Of a DNA stretch of 64,000 nt, positions 53,624-64,000 are shown in pieces (position 1 is the stretch's first letter; each line of letters starts with the position of its first letter). The translations under genes and the position numbers were made by a program. The DNA is from Octopus vulgaris (taxonomy: Eukaryota). The stretch lies in NCBI GenBank assembly GCA_951406725.2, contig OX597817.1, forward strand, positions 4,650,001 to 4,714,000. The letters run 5' to 3'. The notes below the pieces were generated by a model, which saw nothing but the letters and a program-made list of their open reading frames with translations, was not told the origin of the DNA and searched no databases.

Positions 53624-53625
<2 letters not shown>
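51434..53625 (+). mobile_element. Decayed Penelope-like element (Naiad-like): RT, GIY-YIG endonuclease and 3' hammerhead segment
   Basis: Motifs YSTKNI...LIRRMRW, AFITIKDHKPNF, RLINPAKS, FDIVD..PSI, DVAMGAFDS..VCDLV, GLYKNDAL, FLDVTLD, KIFNRHTL, YVG and YIWAL...IKWKIL...TCRL. Multiple frameshifts. The clade call is from motif recall. Confidence 0.88.
53385..53471 (+). ncRNA. Type I hammerhead ribozyme motif in the PLE 3' region
   Basis: TGCAG-CTGAAGA-[58-nt stem II]-GAAAC-GATC-GTA-CTGCA, with palindromic ACGATCGT as helix III. Confidence 0.78.
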
Positions 53626-53654
<29 letters not shown>

Positions 53655-54460
53655 ATACAACAATCGATAGAGAGTATTGATGATGTAGTGTACATCGTGA
53701 AATATTTCATTATACACACCTGATGCAAATGAAACGTACGTAAGCTGGTATAACTAAATATCTTAAAATCTCACATGATTTATTTGATTTCTATAAAATT
53801 ATTCTACGAATACCTGATAAAAACGTATGATAAAAATAAACGACTCGAATCTGTTTACGTATTGAGTTTACATATTGAGTTTTACATTTTGAAATTTATC
53901 TGTTGCGCAGATTAAGATTTAAATTAAAATTGACCAACTCATCAATGTTTAAAGAGAGAAATAGAGAGGAAACAGAAATTGAACATTTTCAGACGATGAA
54001 TATTCAAGTATATATCTATAGATATTTCTATTTCTATATCAAGATTCCTAACTCACACAGTACATACTATCAGACATATAACAATATAGCTTCCACACTT
54101 TAATTCTCTTTGTGGCTTGTACACTTTGTACATTTGCTCTATTCATATATAAACATCTCTATATTTATACTTAATATTCATCGTCTGAAAATTTTCAGTC
54201 TTTGCATTCTTACAATTTACATGTATGTGTCTGTATATATTTTGTATATCAAACCCAATTTATTTGTTCCTTCATATGATTGTCTCAATATCTGCTCACC
54301 TAGATCCCTCTGATACCCACTCTTTACACCAGAAACTTGGTCCCTGGTCAAGATCGAGTGTAAATTCAAATAATTTGTGCCCTTTTATATTTTCTATTTT
54401 GAGAATCTCTCCTGCTCATCTTTGAATCTCTCTCTCTCTCTCTCTCACTCTTTATATATT

Positions 54461-54771
54461 ACTCTTTTACTTGTTTCAGTCACTTGACTGCGGCTATGCT
54501 GGAGCACCGCCTTTAGTCGAGCAAATCGACCCCAGGACATATTCTTTGTAAGCCTAGAACATATTTTATCGTTCTCTTTTGCCGAACCGTTAAGTTACGG
54601 GGACGAAAACACACCAGCATCGGTCGTCAAGTGAAGTTGGTGGGACAAACACAGACACAGAGACACCCCCCACACACATATATATACATATACACCTCGG
54701 GCTTCTTTCAGTTTCCGTCTACCGAATCCACTCACAAGGCTTTGGTCGGCCTGAAGCTATTGTAGAAGACA
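54461..54771 (-). mobile_element. OK-like SINE lacking its 5' head
   Basis: Matches the other copies and stops abruptly just before the MITE. Confidence 0.9.
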
Positions 54772-54780
54772 AAAAGAAAA

Positions 54781-55296
54781 GAACAGATATTAAATTTAAT
54801 TTTGAAACAATCAGTTAGAGACACAAACACATTCTACATATTTCTTGATAGGGGAAGGGTTTCAAGATAATTTTTAGGTAGTATGCACTCAACATGAGCA
54901 CCATGTGCACCGGTGCTTTTTACCTTTACAAATGCAACCGTTTTCAGTGAAATTTTTATGCCATTCTTCAAGTTGCTTTAGACGAGGTGGATTTTTACTG
55001 AATTGGCGGCGGAATTCACGTTGCACTTGTAAAATCGATTCGCATTTCACAAACTGCAGCAAGCTTTTCTTGTGGCGTCGCCATTCTCTAAGGGATTACA
55101 GAAATGAAAATTATACAACTTTAAATAAAATGAACAAAATGAAACATTAAAACGAAATTAAAATATTATTTTATTTCAGGCTTAATTCAATTCATCATGT
55201 TTAGTTATCAACTTTAAACACTCCCCTCTCAAGGAATATGTAGAATGTGTTTGTTTCCCTTACCGGTTGTTTTAAATGTAAATACGAAATCTGTTC
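54781..55296. mobile_element. MITE-like element with imperfect TIRs of about 85 bp
   Basis: GAACAGAT...ACAAACACATTCTACATATT-CTTGA-AGGGGA is mirrored at about 55211-55296. Confidence 0.75.
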
Positions 55297-55508
55297 CTTC
55301 ATTTTGAATAACTGTATATATATATATATATATATATAGTTAATCCAAACAAGAAAACACAAAAAAACACAATAACCCGAGGACGTGGAACAAATATATA
55401 TATATATATATATATGTATATGTATGTATGTATGTATGTATTATATACCTGCGCACACGCACACACGTACATACACACATACATCTATATATATATGCAT
55501 ATATATAT

Positions 55509-55909
55509 ACTCTTTTACTTGTTGTAGTGATTTGACTGCGGCCATCCTGGAGCACCGTCTTTAGTCGAGCAAATCGACCCCAGGACTTATTCTAAGCGTA
55601 GCTTTTATTCTATCGGAGATTTTGCCGCGCCGCTAAGTTACGGAGGCGTAAACACACCACCATCAGTTGTCAAGAGATGTTGGGGGGACAAACACAGACA
55701 CACAAACATATACACACACACGCACACACATATATATATACATATATACGACAGGTTTCTTTCAGTTTCCGTCTACCAAATCCACTCACAAGGCTTTGTT
55801 CGGCCCGAGATTATAGTAGAAGGCACTTGGCCAAGGTGCCACGCAGTGGGACTGAACCCGGAACCGTGTGGTTGGTAAGCAAGCTACTTACCACAGCCAA
55901 TCCTGCGCC
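55509..55909 (-). mobile_element. OK-like SINE, full length
   Basis: End-to-end match to the other copies. Confidence 0.93.
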
Positions 55910-55963
55910 TATAAATGTATACATTTATATGTGAATTCATTTATGTGCATATATAGATATATA

Positions 55964-56022
<59 letters not shown>

Positions 56023-56768
56023 GGTGCGTACACACACACTCGCACACACACACACCACACACGCACACACATATATGTATATATACTTATATATATATAT
56101 GTATATACTTATATGAGTGTGTGTGGTTCTACACACACTCGCACACACATATGCTTGTATATGCACATATATGCATACATAACCAGAAACATACATGCAT
56201 GCACGCGTGCCTATCGGGAGGGCTGTTACTGCTTTAAAGAATCGCCTAACATTTAATACTGATAGTGCCGTATGTAATTAATATCGTATACTTCATTTAC
56301 ACTCTCAATTTTCCACCTGATAAACAAGCAAGGTAAAGGCAAACAAAGGGAGGTAACTGTAGTTGGCTTATCAAGAAATCTACGTATTAACGTCATTTTC
56401 GTTTATTTCTTTTTATTTAGTTGAAAATAACATCACACCCACATAGCTGCAGACAAGTACACACCAGCATAAATACTTTTTCTCATGGTATCCCTTTCCA
56501 TGAAAGTTTTTCTATGTCTTTATACAACATTTTATTTCTAGTTTTAATTAGTACGTTTTACTTCTCGCTAATACTAGAATTCTTTTTATCTTTTCTTTCA
56601 TTTTCGCCTAATTTTTTTCTACGTATTGTATCAATATTTTATATGATATTAAACTGCGTATAAATTTGAATTGTACAGAATCACCATGATTCTTGCTTTT
56701 TGTTATGCGCCAGAGCGTGCATGTGTGCATGGACATGTGTAGGCATCAGTGCGTTTGTGCGTTTGTGC

Positions 56769-56799
<31 letters not shown>

Positions 56800-57096
56800 T
56801 GTGTGTGTGTGTGTGTGGCACTTTTCTTCTGTCATTTGGAGAACTGAGGCTGGCCACTAACCAAATGGCAGTGATCTTTTCTTCCAATTAAGAAAGCTGT
56901 CAGGGTATGTGGTCGGCTGAAGCAGTTGATGCGTGCAAGTTTATGCACATGTATGCATGTATATATGGATGGATGGATGGAGGGATGTATGGAAGTCTTT
57001 TTTTTATATATGTCTTTATTATTCAGAATTAATTTTGACTGTCAACTATATGGGTGGCAAGGAAAGAATCTTGATTTGTTCATTAACTTTTAAATC

Positions 57097-57172
<76 letters not shown>

Positions 57173-57346
57173 TTTATTTATTATATATATATATATATAT
57201 TATATGTATATATTCATTTATTTATTTATCTATTTATTTATACATATATCTATATACATATATAGATATATATATACATACATATGTATATATATATGTA
57301 TATATACATACATACATACATGCATACATACATATATATATACATG

Positions 57347-57733
<387 letters not shown>

Positions 57734-57753
57734 GTATATATGTATATGTATAT

Positions 57754-57925
57754 AGGGAAAGTTTACGAAAAAACAAAAGACGAAGACAGATGTACAAAAC
57801 AAACACATGTGTTAGTATAACGCTCAGGAATAGAAAAAGTCTTTTACCTTTCGAGCCTACGCTCTTCTACAGAAAGGTACACAGAAAAAAACAAGGAGAG
57901 AAAAAAATGTTAGTAGTGGCTAGTG
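57754..57925 (-). mobile_element. Family A hammerhead-bearing repeat nested in the SINE TA array
   Basis: CTTT-CTGTAGA-A-GAGC(GTAG)GCTC-GAAAG-GTA-AAAG at 57841-57876. Confidence 0.7.
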
Positions 57926-58030
57926 CCCCCCCCCCCTCCAGCATTGCTTGACTAGTAAAAGTGTAAAAGAGTAATATACTTGTATATATATATACATATA
58001 TATGTATATACATATACATATATATTTGTG

Positions 58031-58076
<46 letters not shown>

Positions 58077-58207
58077 TACATACATGCATACATACATGCA
58101 CACACATATAAAAATATACATATATATGTTTGTATATGAATATAAATATGTTGCATTTTATAGGACTTTCTATTTTTGTTAACATGTCTATTTGATGAGT
58201 TTATATC

Positions 58208-58291
58208 CTTCCTGATAAGGATGATGCATTGGCGACCATAATTTATCCTGCTGGACATTTTGGAGTGCATCCATCGAAACATATGTAGAAG
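58208..58291 (+). ncRNA. Hammerhead-like motif (G8A)
   Basis: CTTC-CTGATAA-G-GATGATGCAT...GTGCATCCATC-GAAAC-ATAT-GTA-GAAG. Confidence 0.6.
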
Positions 58292-59247
58292 AATTGAAGA
58301 TATAAATGGCTTAACAAAATCCCGAGATTTCGTCTCGTTGTTTGATTTTCCTAATATCTACTAAATACGACTCACTATCCTGGATTTAAATCCTTGGACA
58401 CTTAAGTAACATTTAGCTACATTGTAATTATTCTCCTGGATATTTCCTTTAAACTTTTTCGCGGAAACAACTCAATATTTACGAAAACAAGAATTGAAGT
58501 TTTCAGCAGAATTCGGGCAACACTTGCAATTCTGAGCACAGCGTGAAAATGTTATTTCTCAGAGAATCTAAGTAGGCTTTTCTCAACGTAGACGTTATTC
58601 TGTGTTTGTCGTTTGTTCTTCCCGATATGCACAAACAAAAGAACTTGCAACTATTTTGGAAATAACAAGAGACGCATGCTTGTTTCTATTTCGAATGTTT
58701 CAGAACAAAATACAAGTCCTTTTAATGAAGGATTATACATTAATTCCATAAATATAAGATACCCTTAAAAAAACAAGCATTAGATTTGTTGAATATAATG
58801 AGTGAAGTAAGAAGTATCTGTTTAGAAGATCTCTCCTTTGAAGACTACCGAAAGTGACACAATCTTCATAGGTACCCTCGCATTAGACACCCAACTGAGA
58901 TATACGTTGATCAGGTAACAACCAAAATGTGTCACACGCAGAAGTTCTCACATGATATTGGCTGGAGATAAACCATTATGCAAATACAAGACTTTCTGGT
59001 CCCGGTCATAAATGCATACATACATACGTACATGCATACATACATACATACACACATACATACATACATACATGCATACATACATACATGCATACATACA
59101 TACATACATACACACATACATACATACATACATGCATGCATGCATGCATGCATGCATACATACATACATACATACATACATACATACATACATACATGCA
59201 TACATACATACACACATGCATACATACATACATACATACTTACGTAC

Positions 59248-59750
59248 GTGGTGGCTTCCCCCTCGTTATCGAGTATTGTCATTGCACGAAGCTTAATCAA
59301 TGTTGTTATTGCGCAATGCCTGTGCAAGAAGATTTTTTTTAAAGTGAGGAAAGGCTGTGCACTGAGTCAATCCCACTCACTAAGCAACAGCAGCCATAAT
59401 CCGAAAAGAAGAACAAGTCAACATCATCGGTAACCACTGAGCCGCAGATTTTATGTCGGAATTATCCCAGTTACCTGAGTTACCTTCTCCTAGAAGGATG
59501 CCCTAACAAAGGCTAGGAGTCCTTCACTCCCAATGGTTTAACCATGCGATCGGGTATTCAGTCCGATTATTTCTATATCCCCGCGCATGATACAGCCTTA
59601 AGACATTTATTGGATGGCTGTTGACTCTCAAGAGTTCCTCCGCCTTTTGACGGGCTTTGTTTTTCATCCCGCAGGGTGTCCAATAAACAGCCTCCTCACC
59701 AAGCATGCTTGGTGGGGTTGCCGGTTTAGTCGCCGACGACCCGACCATGC
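59248..59750 (-). mobile_element. Probable RTE-derived non-autonomous element between (CATA)n arrays
   Basis: GC-richer non-coding unit. Its minus 3' end CTCGATAACGAGGGGGAAGCCAC is followed by (TATG)n, as I recall for RTE 3' ends. An HDV-ribozyme-like half lies at the 5' end. Confidence 0.55.
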
Positions 59751-61405
59751 CATACATGCATACATACATACATACATACATACATACATACATACATACA
59801 TACATACATACGTGCATTCTTAATGTTTTATCTTATAGGTTTCCCGATTGGCACCAAATGGGCTGATGTCTTCCACAAACAAGCATACGTTTGTTTTGTT
59901 AGTAGGAACAACAATACCAAAGCTTTCGGGGATTACCAATATTCTCACTACCAATATTCTTTTTATCCATCTCTTTACAGGTAGAAAGCTGTATTATTTA
60001 TTGCTTTGTTTTATTTCATATTTCATTTTAGTTTCCTCTCACTTCCACGTCATACCACGCGACATCACGTAAAACGAATCCAATGAATGGCTCCAGTTGA
60101 GATTTTTTCCGTTGTATTCAATCAGCGTCTTGTATTTTGACTTTTCTGTAAAAGCACCTAAATCTATTTCGCACACTGTATTACTCGTCCAGTGGAGGTT
60201 ATTCTCGTTATTTGCTACAATTTTTAATTCTGCAACGCCTCACATCCTTTGCGAGGAACTGGTTCTTGTTATTGGGGAAAGTGTAAGTAAAATTTCCAAA
60301 TGAGTTTTAGAGAGAGATCAATAATTGTTTCGATTTGATGTTTCCGGTCAAGTATACAATACTTTTTCATCTTGTCCGTATTTTTATATTTTTATAGTTG
60401 AGGAATACTCTGTTTTGAAAGCTTTCTCTGCTGTTGATGTTTCTTCAGTGTTACAAACTGGAACTCATGATGAAATTATAGAAGTAAATTTTTATCGTCT
60501 TCCTGTATTGGGAAATATTAACATTATAATCTTGTATATTTGCTGTGGTCTAGGTAAATCAGGAAACAAAATTTAGGATTCAGGATAGTTTCTGCAAACT
60601 GCTGTGAGCAAAATGCTTCTCATAGAGTCTAAAATATTTACAGATCACACTTGGCCTTATAACATGTTTAGCCAAGTCATTGATTATTATTTTTTGACAA
60701 CGCTTTTTGTATTATTTCATCACTGATAGTACGTCTTTTAACACAACATTTTATTCTCAAACGTCTGCAATATTAGGGAAAGATATCTAATTGTCTTTAA
60801 ATCAGTCTCTGTAGCTTCAGGTCATTCACAGATAGACATTATATCTTTTTCTAGATCCATAAAAGATGTTTCCAAAAGCTGTTTTATAATCTCTAATATT
60901 TTTTGTGGACCGATGTGACCGAGCTTTGAAAGGGAGCAAATCATGGTAAAAAGAATTTTTCGGCCTAAGTATTGCTACTTGTTAATGTATTATTTCAGAA
61001 GTATGACTGCATGCAATAACTCGATTAGATTACTGTAGAAATTTGGCTTGCGGAAACACACACACATACGTGTGTGTGTGTCCGTGTGGGGAGTGTCTAA
61101 ATATGTCACAATCACTACAAGCAAAGTAGTAAGGAAAAAGAGAAACTATAGCAGGGAGGTGACACGTGACAGAAACAATCATATTGATGAAGCAGGCGAA
61201 ATATAAGAAAAAATAGAATGAAGGATACAGAAAATTTGTGGCCATTGCGAAGGTGTGAAAGAGGGCACGAAAATATATTCTCAAAATTGAAGGAACTATA
61301 GAAGTAGATATTCGCTAACAAAAACAAAAAGCTGAATAATGTTGTTTTAGTGAAATCACAAATTATATAACTGATATCTAGAGATACACATGATATATAT
61401 TTGTG

Positions 61406-61802
<397 letters not shown>

Positions 61803-61805
61803 GTT

Positions 61806-64000
61806 ATTTGGATAAATAACATCCAAAGCAAAATAAAAAAAATTAGAAAAGACCTGTCGATTCTTAATGAAATCAGCAAAGAATCAACGCTACTGAGCAA
61901 CAAAAAGAGAACAAAAATACTCCGCAAATATAACATGACAGAGAAAGATTTGCCTGAAATAAAAGAAAAGCTGAAGCAAGATATCCTTGCCAAAGCACAA
62001 AGGATCCGCCGGTACAAGAAACGCCAACGCTTCTTTGAAGAAAACAAAAAGTTCAGCTCCAACCCCAAAAAGTTCTACCAAGAACTGGGCAAAAATAAAA
62101 TAGAAGTCACTGCAGCACCAACGGCAGAAGAATTGGAAGAATTCTGGAGAGAGATATGGTCGGCGAACGAACCACCAAAAAAAGGAGTATCAAAATTACA
62201 AACTCGGCATCTGAACAACTTTGGACCCCCATAACAACTGAAGAGGTCACCCAGGCACTGCAAAGACTAAGCAACTGGAAGGCACCTGGGCATGACAAGA
62301 TCCCCAACTTCTGGTTGAAATATCTAACAGGAATGCACAAAAAGCTGGCTGAAAACTTTAACAACGTACTAGCAGAGCCAGAGACAATGCCTGAATGGCT
62401 CACGAAGGGGAAAACCATCTTAATTCCCAAATCAAATGAAACAGAAAAACCAGAAAACTACAGACCAATAACCTGCCTCCCTACTATGTTCAAGGCATTT
62501 ACTGCAGTGATATCACAAAGGCTGAACAAGCACCTGGACGAAAACAAACTGTTCCCAGAAGAACAGAAAGGATGCCGCAAAGGCTCATATGGCTGTAAAG
62601 ATCAACTAATGATTAATAAAGCCATAACTGAAGACAGCCACAGAAAGAAGAAAGGCCTCAGTATGGCCTGGATTGACTACAAAAAGGCGTTTGATAGCAT
62701 CCCCCACACATGGATCCTCGAAACACTAGCCATTAACAAAGTAGCACCAACAATCATAAAATTCATAGAGCACTCTATGAATAAATGGCAAACAGTCCTA
62801 CACCTCCAAACAAAAGAGGGACTCATGAAAACCAAAGACATCCCCATTAGAAGAGGAATATTCCAGGGAGACACGCTCTCTCCACTCCTTTTCTTCTTGG
62901 CACTGTCACCTCTATCTGATATGCTAAATAGAACTGGATGCGGATATAAATGTTACGGCAAAACGATCAGCCACCTTTTATATATGGATGACCTAAAACT
63001 ATACGCTGCAAATGACAAACAGCTGGAAACACTATTAAAGACAGTTCATGGATTTACCAAAGAAATAGATATGAAATTTGGATTAGAAAAATGCGCCAAA
63101 GTAACCATGAAAAGAGGAAAACTAGTTAAGAGTAACAACATCACACTAGATAAAACCAATGAAATAAAAGAATTAGACCAAAGCCAAACTTACAAATACT
63201 TAGGAATCCATGAACTAGATAAGACACAACACACACAAATGAAAGAGAAAATAAAAAAAGAATATTATAGACGAGTTAGATCAATACTAAACACAGAGCT
63301 CAATGCTAAAAACAAGATAATAGGTATCAACACTTTAGCTGTCCCAGTTATAAGTTACAGCTACAATATCCTTAACTGGACACGAAATGAACTGACCAAA
63401 ATAGATAGGAAAACAAGAAAAATAATGACAGGATCTAGGATGCATCACCCAAAATCTGACATAGAAAGACTATATATACAACGTATGGAAGGTGGTAGAG
63501 GCCTTATACAGCTGGAAAACTACTATAAAATAACCACCATAGGACTGCAAAAATATCTACTTCAGAAGGAAGGAAAACTGATCCAGATAGCGGCAAAACA
63601 CGAGCAAAACAAAAAACTGTTCTCAGTATTTAAGGAAGCTGACAAATACAAACAAGAAATCATACCACCTAATAAACATGAAGAAGAAGAAGAAGATGAA
63701 GAAACAACAAAAGCTATAAAACAAATGAAATCCAAACTAAAAACAGAACAGCAACGAACCATGATAAAACGATGGCAAGAAAAGCCCCTTCATGGTAAAT
63801 ACTGCACTAAACTAAACGCAAAAGAAATAGACAAAGAAAAATCCCAGCAATGGTTGAGAAGCTCAGGACTCAAAGCAGAAACAGAGGGATTTTTAATTGC
63901 AGCACAAGACCAAAGCCTCCCCACCAGAAATTACCAAAAACATGTAATGAAAAGAAATATTACAAGTAACTGCAGAATATGTGGAGATGGACAAGAAACA
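61806..64000 (+). mobile_element. Young 5'-truncated R4/Dong-clade LINE, runs off the window end
   Basis: One frameshift near 62180-62220, then open from 62222 to the end: WKAPGHD, NYRPITCL, WIDYKKAFDS, GIFQGDTLSPLLF, HLLYMDD, YKYLG, GGRGL, IAAQDQ, CRICG. Missing from the ORF track, presumably because it has no stop in the window. Confidence 0.95.

Noticed and set aside
53665-53748. TTGATGA ... GAAACGTACGTA, a possible hammerhead
   Set aside because: A palindromic helix III is present, but I found no helix I complementarity.

Overview
AT-rich, repeat-dominated animal DNA with no confidently identifiable host gene. The tRNA-derived SINEs resemble the octopus OK/OR1/OR2 families, so the source is probably a cephalopod (inference from my recall of those families). 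Most ORFs in the supplied track are microsatellite artefacts. The supportable content is: many SINEs; R4/Dong-clade LINEs, one open from about 62222 to the window end and set in a (TAA)n array; CR1-like, Tx1-like and RTE-derived pieces; four decayed Tc1/mariner elements; non-autonomous Helitrons; a MITE; and a decayed Penelope-like element (RT plus GIY-YIG, Naiad-like) with an in-frame TGA at a normally Cys position. The most striking signal is about 13 type I hammerhead-ribozyme-like motifs in short elements, mostly next to (TA)n arrays. One has a fully canonical core (34631-34719, minus strand). Others carry recurrent non-canonical cores (A6U plus an extra A; a U3-A8 covariant), and two sit as an inverted pair. 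All structures were folded by eye and none has been computed or tested.
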